Shown: positions 52,405 through 60,780 of the stretch, piece after piece
Position numbering within the stretch: the stretch's first letter is position 1
How the letters are laid out: every line of letters begins with the position of its first letter
Source: Candidatus Eiseniibacteriota bacterium
Lineage (GTDB): Bacteria > Eisenbacteria > RBG-16-71-46 > CAVPCR01
NCBI GenBank assembly: GCA_963702435.1
Contig: CAVPCR010000005.1
Coordinates: forward strand, 256,001 to 320,000
DNA length: 64,000 nt
Reading direction: 5' to 3'
Notes under the pieces: generated by a model
What the model was told of the DNA's origin: nothing
The model's database searches: none
What the model saw: only the letters and a program-made list of their open reading frames with translations
Program-made: the position numbers and the translations under genes

Positions 52405-52530
52405 GCCGCGGGGAAGATGCCGGAGCCCCGGTGCCGGGACAAGGGAATACCGGGACCGCCGCCGCTCGCGGCCAGGACGCGCGAAGGCCCGGCTGCCTCT
52501 CCGGCAACCGGGCCTCGCCACAAAGAGAAC

Positions 52531-53395
52531 GGGCCGAGTGAGCGGCTCGCTTTTCCCCTTCGGAGCCTTGAGTCGCGCCCCAGGTGCCCTCCGGCGTCAC
52601 CGCCGGCGGGCTTCCTCTCGTGGGATTGCGCCACCCTGCAGAGTATTCACGAGAGTCCGTAGCCCGGCTTCTGGTTACCGGGCACCCCGGTCGCGGCACC
52701 TGGCGGCGCCGCGCTCATCGGGGCATCCTCGCTCTCGCTGCAGCCGGTCCGCGATAGAATCCGGCAGCTTCCTCTCGTGGGCTTACGCTTCCCTTCAGAG
52801 TTTGACCAGGACGGACCGTCTTTCGCGTCTCCGCGATCGACTGCTCCCCTGAGGTTCGTTCCCTCTCAGCGCTCGCGGTGCCGGGAGTCCACGAGTCCGG
52901 GTTTGCCTGGCCCGGACGTTCCGCCTCCAGGGTTTCGCACCCTCCTGGCGGCTTGCTCCTCCCGAAACCCTCCGGGCCTGTTTCATCCCGGTGGCGCTCT
53001 CAGGGTTCTTGCCCTTCGAAGCCTTCCCTTCCGGGGGTCGCTCACGCCTCGTCGGCGCTCGCTCTACCCGCGTGCCGTTGGCCGAAGCCCGGCTGCCGGG
53101 TCTTGATCCCCCCGGAGAGGTTCGCTGCCGATGCGCGGCGGTTAAGCCGTACACCAGCGCTCAAGCTTCCCTGGGTTTCCTCCCCTTCAGGGGTTGATGG
53201 CCTCATGCACCGCGACCCTTGCGGATCTTCCTCCCGCGGGCTTCGCGCCGGTTCGCCGAAGCGGCCCGACGCGCACCCCTCGGAGTGTTTGGTGGTGCCG
53301 AGGTTGGCCTCCTCTCTCGAGGCTGCCGCCCCTCTTGGGGTCTTGCGCCTTCTCCCGAAGGAGGCTCGGCGCGCGAGCTGGATCTCACTCGACCC
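52531..53395 (-). ncRNA. candidate large (~865 nt) modular structured non-coding RNA
   Basis: Dedicated promoter, 12-bp 5'/3' closing helix, GNRA and cUUCGg tetraloops on the minus strand, ~9 repeated hairpin modules, no credible ORF. Confidence 0.8.
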
Positions 53396-53401
53396 GTGCG
53401 T

Positions 53402-53430
53402 AAAATAGCGCGACGAGCTCGCCGGGTCAA
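53402..53430 (-). promoter_or_regulatory. sigma70-type promoter TTGACC-17-TATTTT driving the large RNA
   Basis: -35 at 53430-53425, -10 at 53407-53402, T-rich UP-like tract upstream; predicted TSS ~53395 coincides with the first base of the closing helix. Confidence 0.75.
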
Positions 53431-53479
53431 TGAAAAAGTGCATCGCGGACGCGCTGAAATGCGTGCGCACGGATCGTGT

Positions 53480-53553
53480 TGTGGATAGATGGTGGATGAC
53501 ACGGGCACGCGTTATGCGCAATGCGCGCAACCCGGCGCACAAGCAGTGGATAA
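53480..53553. promoter_or_regulatory. cluster of DnaA-box-like 9-mers
   Basis: TGTGGATAG (53480), GGTGGATGA (53491), TTATGCGCA (53512), AGTGGATAA (53545), compared with TGTGGATAA/TTATCCACA. Confidence 0.5.
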
Positions 53554-53657
53554 CGCGTGGAAGCGACGTGCACATGCTCCGGCGACGCCGGAATCTAAAA
53601 TGAGAATGTTAGAAAGGCCGAGACGGGCCCGGGATGGGGCCGGGGTGGGGCGCACCC

Positions 53658-54962
53658 TCAGAGGAGGTTCGCGGCGAGCTCGGCGAGCTCCGATCGCTCG
53701 CCGCGCCGCAGAACGACGTGGGCCGCGATCGGCAGGCCGCGGAACTTGTGCACGACGTAGTTGAACCCGTTCGAGGACTCGTCGACGTACGGATTGTCGA
53801 TCTGGAAGACGTCGCCGGTGAGCACGATCTTCGTGTCCTCTCCCACCCGCGTGATGATGGTCTTCACCTCGAGCGGCGTCAGGTTCTGCGCCTCGTCCAC
53901 GATGATGTACTGGTTCGGAATGCTCCGCCCGCGGATATAGGTGATCGGCTCGACGCTCACCACGGTGCTGAGGAGACGATCGAGCTCGCGCGCGACTTCG
54001 CGCACGCCGGTGCGCTCGAGGAGGAGCGTCAGGTTGTCGTTGATCGGCTGCATCCACGGCGCGAGCTTGGCCTCCAGCCCGCCCGGGAGATAGCCGACGT
54101 CCTTGCCGACCGGGAAGAGCGGCCGGCTGATGAGAAGACGGCGGTAGCGCGGCTCGCTCTCCACCTTGGCGAGGCCCGCGGCGAGCGCGAGGAGCGTCTT
54201 CCCGGTGCCCGCCTTGCCCATCACGGTCACGAGCTGGACGCGATCGTCGAGCAGCGCATCGAGAGCGTAATGCTGCTCCTTGTTGCGCGGCTCGATCCCC
54301 CACACCGAGCGCTGGGGCACCTTGAGCACCTCGAGCCGATCGCCACCCGGATTCACCCGCGCGAGCGCCGAGCGCGTCCCCTCCGCGACGCGGAGGAGCA
54401 CGTAGCCGTTCGGCCGGAAGTCGCCCGGCGGGAGCGGCGCCGCGCCCGCCACCTTGAGCTCGTCGATGAGCGCCGCAGGGACCGTGACCTCGGTGTCGCC
54501 CGGGTCGAGCTCCTCGATCCGGACGCGCCCGGTCTCGAAGTCCTCGGCGGAGAGCCCCATCGCGTCCGCCTTGATGCGGAGATTCGTGTCCTTGGTCACC
54601 AGGATGAGCGGCGTGTCGGGCTCGTTCTGCTTGAGCTCGAGAGCGAGAGCGAGGATCGCGTTGTCGACCGTGCCATCGAGACCGAGGCCCACGACGTCGG
54701 CCAGGCGCCCGGTCATCACCACCTTGAGGAGGCCGCCGTTCGCGAGCCGCACGCCCTCGGCCAGGTGACCGGCCAGCCGGAGACCGTCCAGGAAATGCGA
54801 CACCTGGCGCGCGTTGCGCCCCCGCTCGCTCATCTCCTTCTTGAAGTGATCGACTTCCTCGACCACCAGGATGGGAATGATGACGTTGTTGTCATCGAAG
54901 CTGAGCGCCGCGCCCGGATCGTGCAGGAGCACGTTGGTGTCGAGTATGTAGTTCTTCTTCAC
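53658..54962 (-). CDS. PIN-PhoH family protein (PhoH2/YlaK-like)
   Basis: PIN motifs ILDTNVLLHDP, VDNAIL, VTKDTNLRIKA; PhoH motifs GKAGTGKT, GYLPG, YIRGRS, DEAQN, TGD..QID. Confidence 0.95.
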   Translation of the reverse strand: MKKNYILDTNVLLHDPGAALSFDDNNVIIPILVVEEVDHFKKEMSERGRNARQVSHFLDGLRLAGHLAEGVRLANGGLLKVVMTGRLADVVGLGLDGTVDNAILALALELKQNEPDTPLILVTKDTNLRIKADAMGLSAEDFETGRVRIEELDPGDTEVTVPAALIDELKVAGAAPLPPGDFRPNGYVLLRVAEGTRSALARVNPGGDRLEVLKVPQRSVWGIEPRNKEQHYALDALLDDRVQLVTVMGKAGTGKTLLALAAGLAKVESEPRYRRLLISRPLFPVGKDVGYLPGGLEAKLAPWMQPINDNLTLLLERTGVREVARELDRLLSTVVSVEPITYIRGRSIPNQYIIVDEAQNLTPLEVKTIITRVGEDTKIVLTGDVFQIDNPYVDESSNGFNYVVHKFRGLPIAAHVVLRRGERSELAELAANLL

Positions 54963-54969
54963 GGTGCGA

Positions 54970-55992
54970 TCAGTCCGTGTTGATGCGATCGATGACGGCA
55001 CGGAGCCGTCCGTACCCGTGCCGGTTGAAAAGGCAGACGATCCGCGGCAGATCGTCGAGCGTGGGCTCGTTCAGCCGCTCCTCGGGCAGCGCCGCCGACA
55101 CCTGGAAGGTGCCCTCGGCGAGGATGTCCGTGAAGTTCGCGTTCAGATCGGCGATCAGGTCCTTCGAGGGGAAGCTGCGCACCCGGATCACGAGCCGCGG
55201 CCCGACGAAGCGGCTCGAATGGTAGATGCGGTAGAAGCGACTGATCCGGTCGCAGGCCATGTCCACCGAGTCGACCAGCTCGAAGAGGTCGAGATCGGCA
55301 GCCGAGATCTTCCCGGTCCCGCACAGGTGATCGTGGAGGAACGCGCGCCACGCCGGCCAGTAGGTCCCGCCCGGGACGTCGAGACAGAGGACCGGCATCG
55401 GCTTCGACTTCCCGGTCTGGACCAGCGTCAGCACCTCGAACGCCTCGTCCATGGTGCCATAGCCGCCGGGAAAGAGGACGAGCGCATCGGTCTCCTTGAC
55501 GAAGATGAGCTTCCGCGTGAAGAAGTACTTGAAGTTGACCACCTTGCGATCGCCGGCGATCGAGTCGTTCACCGATTGCTCGAACGGGAGCCGGATGCCG
55601 AGACCGAAGGTGTTGTCGCGGCCGGCGCCGGCGTTTCCCGCCTCCATGATGCCGGGCCCGGCCCCGGTGATGGTCATGAAACCGCGCTGGACGATCTTCT
55701 CCGCGAAGTCGAGCGCCATCTCGTAGACGGGCTCGCCGCGCGCCGAGCGCGCCGAGCCGAAGATGGTCACCTTGCGCGCGTCGCGGTACGGCGCGAAGAC
55801 GCGGAGCGCGTGGCGGAGCTCCTTGAGCGCCGTGTTGATGATCTTGAGATCGCCGCGGTCGGGCCGGTCGCCGATGAGCTTGAGACCGGTGGTCAGGATC
55901 TCCTGGATCAGGTCGGCATGCGGAGATCCGCCATGTGCCGCGATCAGCTCGCGAAGCTTCTCGTCGGTCGTCTCACCGAGCGTGTAGGGCAT
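54970..55992 (-). CDS. LOG family / TIGR00730 Rossmann-fold protein
   Basis: TIFGSAR, TGAGPGIMEA, KYFFTRK, FPGGYGTMDE. Confidence 0.92.
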   Translation of the reverse strand: MPYTLGETTDEKLRELIAAHGGSPHADLIQEILTTGLKLIGDRPDRGDLKIINTALKELRHALRVFAPYRDARKVTIFGSARSARGEPVYEMALDFAEKIVQRGFMTITGAGPGIMEAGNAGAGRDNTFGLGIRLPFEQSVNDSIAGDRKVVNFKYFFTRKLIFVKETDALVLFPGGYGTMDEAFEVLTLVQTGKSKPMPVLCLDVPGGTYWPAWRAFLHDHLCGTGKISAADLDLFELVDSVDMACDRISRFYRIYHSSRFVGPRLVIRVRSFPSKDLIADLNANFTDILAEGTFQVSAALPEERLNEPTLDDLPRIVCLFNRHGYGRLRAVIDRINTD

Positions 55993-56136
55993 GCTTTCTC
56001 CAGCGTGGCCGGCGCGGGGCGACGGGGCGATGGGATGATGCGGCGCACGGCGCCGCAGACCGCGGCATTGTAGCAGCTTCGCCGTGCGAACCGATCACGA
56101 TTCGGCGGGCGCGAGCGCAGGGCGCGCCAGCGATCA

Positions 56137-57258
56137 TTACTCCCCGGGCGCGGGCGCCACGACACCGTCGGCGACGGTGGCCGGATCGGGAGCCGCGGCC
56201 GACTTCGCCGCGAGCGCCTGGGTGGCGGCCGCGTCCATCTCGGCGGTCACCGCGGCCTCGATCGCCGCGAGCTCGGCGCGGACCGCGGCTGCACCGTCGT
56301 CGCTCCCGCCGCCGAGGATGGCGGCGAGATAGCTCTCGTAGCAGCCGACCGGGTCGCGCTTCCCCCAGTAGGCGAAGTGCGCGGGCGCGAGAATCCGGCG
56401 GCCGTCGCCCTCGTCGTGCGTGGCATGGCCGCCCATGCGGCCGGTCTCGGCGACGAGAAAGCCCGGGCCCTCGCCGGCGCGGCAGGCGGTGGCGAGGAGC
56501 GCGGTCGCCGCGTAGACATCGAGCACGTTGTTCCCGGCGGCGGTGAGGCACGGCCCGCCGTAGGCGCCGGCGACAGCGGCGAGCGGCACGCGCGAGTGGG
56601 TCGCATAGGGCGTGCCGAGAGCGACCTGGTTGTTCTGAAGCACGATGATGAGGGGCACGCGTTGCGCGGCGGCGAGCGAGGCCCCCTCGTGGAACTCGCC
56701 GGTGCGCACCGAGCCGTCGCCGACCCAGGTGAGCGCGATGCGATCCCGCCGCTCGCGCCGCAGAGCGAGCGCAACGCCGGCCATGACCGGAATGAGCGAG
56801 GCGACCATGCTCGTCGGCGCAACGACATCGTGACGCAGATCGCCGAGATGGAGGTCGCGCCCGCGGAGCGGCGTGTCGCCAGTGCCGAGGTAGACCTTGA
56901 ACATGTCGGCGAGCGGGATCCCCTTCTCAAGGCAGGCGCCGGCGTTCCGGATCATCGGCCCGATCACGTCGCCGGCGCGCAGCGCGTGCACGCAGCCGAT
57001 CGTCACCGCCTCCTCGCCGGTGCCGAGCCATGCCTTCGGCGTCACGCCCTGCATCACCCAGCGCTTGAGCTGGATGTCGTGGAGGCGGTTGCGGAGGAGT
57101 CCGCGGTAGAGCGCAAGAAGCTCCTCTCGGTCGAGCGCGGCGACGATGGCGCGGCGATCGGGATCGGCCTCGAGGGTGCGCCGGAACTCGGCGGCGACCT
57201 CGGGGTCCGGCTCCCAGTGCACGTATTCGGGGGGATCGTAAGCCTGAAACCGACGCAT
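56137..57258 (-). CDS. TPP-dependent dehydrogenase E1 alpha-like subunit
   Basis: GTGEEA, GDGSVRTGEFHEG, QNNQ, RMGGHATHD. Confidence 0.9.
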   Translation of the reverse strand: MRRFQAYDPPEYVHWEPDPEVAAEFRRTLEADPDRRAIVAALDREELLALYRGLLRNRLHDIQLKRWVMQGVTPKAWLGTGEEAVTIGCVHALRAGDVIGPMIRNAGACLEKGIPLADMFKVYLGTGDTPLRGRDLHLGDLRHDVVAPTSMVASLIPVMAGVALALRRERRDRIALTWVGDGSVRTGEFHEGASLAAAQRVPLIIVLQNNQVALGTPYATHSRVPLAAVAGAYGGPCLTAAGNNVLDVYAATALLATACRAGEGPGFLVAETGRMGGHATHDEGDGRRILAPAHFAYWGKRDPVGCYESYLAAILGGGSDDGAAAVRAELAAIEAAVTAEMDAAATQALAAKSAAAPDPATVADGVVAPAPGE

Positions 57259-57425
57259 GATGCGCGATCGTCGCATCCCCGGCCGCGGTCTGTCAAACCG
57301 GCAGCGGACGGCCCGGGCGCCGCGGCCGGCACTGGAGCGCAGCGGCCCGCCCCTAAAGCATCGCTGCGGGACGGCCGATCTCATGATTCGAGGCGGTCGG
57401 AACCCCCGCCTCGAAGCAGAAAGCG

Positions 57426-57983
57426 ATGTCCTGGTACCAACGTCAACTCTCGCCCCGCGAGATCCTCTGCGCGATCGCCGCGCTTCTCGGCCTCGCCTGC
57501 GCCGTCATGCCCTTCGTCCGGCGCGAGGTCGAGAACATGCGCGTGTCGAGGACGATCGCCGAGCTGCACCGGATCGAGATCGCGGCGCTCCGCTTCAAGG
57601 CCGACACCGGTCGCTTCCCCGTGCACTACGCGGACTACGACCCGGCGGTCCATCCCGAGCTCAAGAACCTCACCGTCGCGCCGCCCGTCCGGAGCGGCAT
57701 CGTCATGTGGGCAGGGCCCTATCTCGACGCCCCGGCGCGCACCAACGCCTGGAACGGGCTCGTGCACCTCCACTCCTCGACGATGCAGTTCGACCTGGAC
57801 GGCGACGGCCGGCCCGAAACCGGGGGCGCGAACTCCTACGTCGTCCTGACCGGCGTGCCGAGCGCGGCGGCGGCCCGTCTCGATCTCGAGATCGACGGCG
57901 CGGCCGCGGCGGGCTCCGGGCGGCTCCAGCTCGTCGGCCCCGCGGGCGGCCGGAAGACCGTCTACTTCCTCATCGCCGACTGA
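57426..57983 (+). CDS. type II secretion pseudopilin (GspG-like) protein
   Basis: Degenerate prepilin N-terminus LSPREIL plus hydrophobic helix; FKADTGRFP, WAGPYL, NAWNG. Confidence 0.6.
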   Translation: MSWYQRQLSPREILCAIAALLGLACAVMPFVRREVENMRVSRTIAELHRIEIAALRFKADTGRFPVHYADYDPAVHPELKNLTVAPPVRSGIVMWAGPYLDAPARTNAWNGLVHLHSSTMQFDLDGDGRPETGGANSYVVLTGVPSAAAARLDLEIDGAAAAGSGRLQLVGPAGGRKTVYFLIAD

Positions 57984-58105
57984 GCCGGATCGTGGCCGGG
58001 CCCGACGGCGGCCGGGCCCGATCGCCGTCCGAGCCCCGGCAACCGGACCGTCGGCGGGCGTGGTGCACCCTTGCGGGGCGGCGTCCTTTTGCTATTGTCC
58101 CGCCC

Positions 58106-58795
58106 ATGAACGCACATTCCTCGACCAGGAGTCCGCTCTCCCGCCGCTTCGCCTTCGTGCTTCTCGTGACCCTCGTTGCCACCCTCGCCCTTCTCGCCGC
58201 CTGCGGCAAGAAGGACGAAGGCCGCCGCGTGGAGACTCCCGCCCAGGACATGTCCGGCGGCCCCGGCGCCTCCGGCGGCCTCCCCGAGGGACACCCGCCG
58301 ATCGACGGCAGCGCGCCGGGCGGCGCGCCGATCGATCCGTCGGCCCTGCCGCTCAAGGAGTCCGGCTCGGGCAGCCTCGCCGAGCTCGAACGCGGCCGCG
58401 CCGCCACCAAGGTCGCCGAGGCGGCCGCCGTCTACGACAAGGCCTTCCGCCTCACCTTCACGAGCGACCCGAACGGCCGCGACTACGAGCAGGCACGGAC
58501 GCTGTTCAACCAGGCGATCGCGCTCGATCAGAAGTACGCGGAGGCCTATCGGGGGCTCGCCTACGCCGAGTTCAACATCGGATTCAACAAGGAGGCGGCG
58601 CTCGCCAACTACATGAAGGCGATCGAGCTCAAGCCCGACTACGGCGAGGCGCACTACGCGCTGGCCTTCATGTACGCGATGGACAACACCGAGAAGGGCG
58701 CCGAGTACTTCAAGAAGGCCATGGACCTCGGGATCGCCGACGAGCGCGAGCTCGGCCCCCGCTTCTACCCGCAGGTCAAGATCCCGACGCACTAG
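58106..58795 (+). CDS. TPR lipoprotein
   Basis: Lipobox LAAC, LPEGHPPI linker, TPR repeats. Confidence 0.85.
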   Translation: MNAHSSTRSPLSRRFAFVLLVTLVATLALLAACGKKDEGRRVETPAQDMSGGPGASGGLPEGHPPIDGSAPGGAPIDPSALPLKESGSGSLAELERGRAATKVAEAAAVYDKAFRLTFTSDPNGRDYEQARTLFNQAIALDQKYAEAYRGLAYAEFNIGFNKEAALANYMKAIELKPDYGEAHYALAFMYAMDNTEKGAEYFKKAMDLGIADERELGPRFYPQVKIPTH

Positions 58796-58853
58796 CCGGC
58801 GGGGGCCGCCCGCGGGCGGCGACCTCGGACATGCGATCTCGGAAATGAAGAAC

Positions 58854-58878
58854 GGGGCTCCGCGATGCGCGGAGCCCC
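58854..58878. terminator. terminator-like hairpin between convergent genes
   Basis: GGGGCTCCGCG-ATG-CGCGGAGCCCC. Confidence 0.65.
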
Positions 58879-58914
58879 TTCTGCGTCGGGCGTCTCCTGG
58901 ATGCAGCGCTGCTA

Positions 58915-60480
58915 CTAGGCCCGCGCCTCGATCGCGCGGAGGATCTCGGGGCGGAGCCCCGGCCACTTGGTGAGGTACGCCCGCCGCTCCTCCTTCATCC
59001 GGTTGACGAGCGCCTTGTACTCGTCCATCCGCCCCTGCCGCTGGTAGAGCTCGCGCGGCCGGAGGAGATCCGCATCCTCGGCGGCGATCCCCGGCACCGA
59101 CTTCGCCACCTCGTAGCCGAAGTCCGGATCGCGCTCCCACTGGATCGTGTCCTCGGCGATCGCCTTCACGACGGCGCTCGAGTGCGGGATCTTGACCTTC
59201 TTCGAGCGCTCGTCGCCGTCGGGGCCGCCGACCCGCCCCGTGTTCATGAGATAGACCGTGAGCGGGTTCCGCTCGAGGAGCTCGACCATGCGGTTTCCCT
59301 GCATGGCGTGGAGCAGCGGGAAGAAGGGATTGGTCCCCGGCACGCGGAGCGACTTGCCGGCTTCCTCGGCGCCGCCGGCCGAGGTGCCCTTGGTCTCGCC
59401 GAGCATGAAGTAGGCGGCCGCCTGCTCCTTGTCGAGCCGCGCCACCGCCGGGATCAGGTTCTCGTTGCGGTTCAGGATGAGGAGGATGTGCGCGCGCGGG
59501 ATCGCCCGCGTATCGGCCGCCCCCTCCACCTTCGCCATCGGGAAGACCGAGCGCCCGTTCGGCGTGTAGCTCGTGTCGAAGAAGTCGACCTTGCCTTGGG
59601 CGTCCTGCGACACGTTCTCGAGGTAGGCCTCGGGCTGGGTCACCGCCGCGTGGATCGTGGGCTCGAACTGCGGATCGAGGCCGAAGGTCTTCGCGAAGCA
59701 GCCGTTCTCGGTGGCCACCACGCTGCCGTCGGGCATGAGCGCCACGAAGTCGTCCTGCACCGGCGAGGAGCCGTTCTGGCGCGTGAAGGTGGTGGTCGTC
59801 TTCCCGGTGCCGGAGAGCCCGACGATGAGCGCGACCTTCTCGCTGCCGCCGGCCGGGATGATCTTGCACCCGGCGTGGAGGGCGATGCCGCCGCGGTCAT
59901 AGATGATCTTGTTCCACATGCGAAGGCCACCCTTCTTCGACTCGCCGAAGTAGTCGGAGTTGAAGACGCGGGTCCGCATGTGATCGAGGTCGACGGCGAT
60001 CAGGCGCTCGTTCGGATAGCCGTGGGCGCCGAAGTTCGGGGTGTAGATGACCGTCACCTGCGGCTCGAAGCCGTCGCGCTCGGACTGGGGCACCGGATAG
60101 AAGAGGATCTGCTGCATCGCCGCGATGTTGGCGTTCGCCTTCTCGATGATGAGGCGCGCCGGCGTGCGATACGCGGGTGTGTTCCCGATGTAGCCCTCGA
60201 TGACGAGCATCTCCTGGTGGCGGATGTACTCGTCCTGGAGCCGCGCCATGCGCTCGCCCTCGCCCCGCGAGATCGTCTGATCGGAGTGCTCCTCGGGCCG
60301 GTCGGTCACCACGTAGGTGGAAGCCTTGGAGCGGGACACCACCTTGGTCTGGACATTCAGGTTGTTGAAGAGCGTCCAGCGCGCGTTGGGCATCTCGGCG
60401 GCGTAGTCGCGGAGTTCGGCGGGCGAGGGATTCCAGATCGTGCGCGCCGGAGCGACCGGCAACGACTTGAGGCTCGGCAT
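58915..60480 (-). CDS. pckA: phosphoenolpyruvate carboxykinase (ATP)
   Basis: YFGESKKG, LHAG, GLSGTGKTT, QDD, ENGCFAKT, LENV, YLMNTG. Confidence 0.92.
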   Translation of the reverse strand: MPSLKSLPVAPARTIWNPSPAELRDYAAEMPNARWTLFNNLNVQTKVVSRSKASTYVVTDRPEEHSDQTISRGEGERMARLQDEYIRHQEMLVIEGYIGNTPAYRTPARLIIEKANANIAAMQQILFYPVPQSERDGFEPQVTVIYTPNFGAHGYPNERLIAVDLDHMRTRVFNSDYFGESKKGGLRMWNKIIYDRGGIALHAGCKIIPAGGSEKVALIVGLSGTGKTTTTFTRQNGSSPVQDDFVALMPDGSVVATENGCFAKTFGLDPQFEPTIHAAVTQPEAYLENVSQDAQGKVDFFDTSYTPNGRSVFPMAKVEGAADTRAIPRAHILLILNRNENLIPAVARLDKEQAAAYFMLGETKGTSAGGAEEAGKSLRVPGTNPFFPLLHAMQGNRMVELLERNPLTVYLMNTGRVGGPDGDERSKKVKIPHSSAVVKAIAEDTIQWERDPDFGYEVAKSVPGIAAEDADLLRPRELYQRQGRMDEYKALVNRMKEERRAYLTKWPGLRPEILRAIEARA

Positions 60481-60780
60481 CGAGAACGCTCCTCCAGGGA
60501 TGCCACCGCGGCTGGGCCGATTCGAGCGCCAGCCGCGAGCGGGGTTCCGGACGTGATCGCTTGGTTGACGAGCGGGGGGGCCGCGGCGGCCGTGCCGGGA
60601 GAAAACCGGTCCTCAAGTGCCGCGGACCTCGGACCAGTGTATAGACCCGCCCCCGGGTTGCCTAGGCCGTTCCGCAGCCCGGCAGGGCAAGACCGCACGC
60701 GACCGCGCGGGTCCGCGGCCGGCTGCGGCCGCCCCGTCGTGTGGAGTGGGCGCCCGGCGCCGGTGCGCTATGATGGGCTC

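Noticed and set aside
52531..53395. RNase P RNA, tmRNA, SRP RNA, rRNA fragment or group II intron
   Set aside because: None of the diagnostic motifs (GAGGAAAGUCC/AACAGAA, tRNA-like CCA end, SRP GGAA loop in context, GUGYG 5' end, domain V) could be found
52777..53575. Short ORFs overlapping the large-RNA region (e.g. 52795..53154 -, 52878..53408 +, 53042..53575 -)
   Set aside because: No recognisable domains, and the Arg/Pro/Ser-rich composition is typical of shadow ORFs; RNA structure explains the region better
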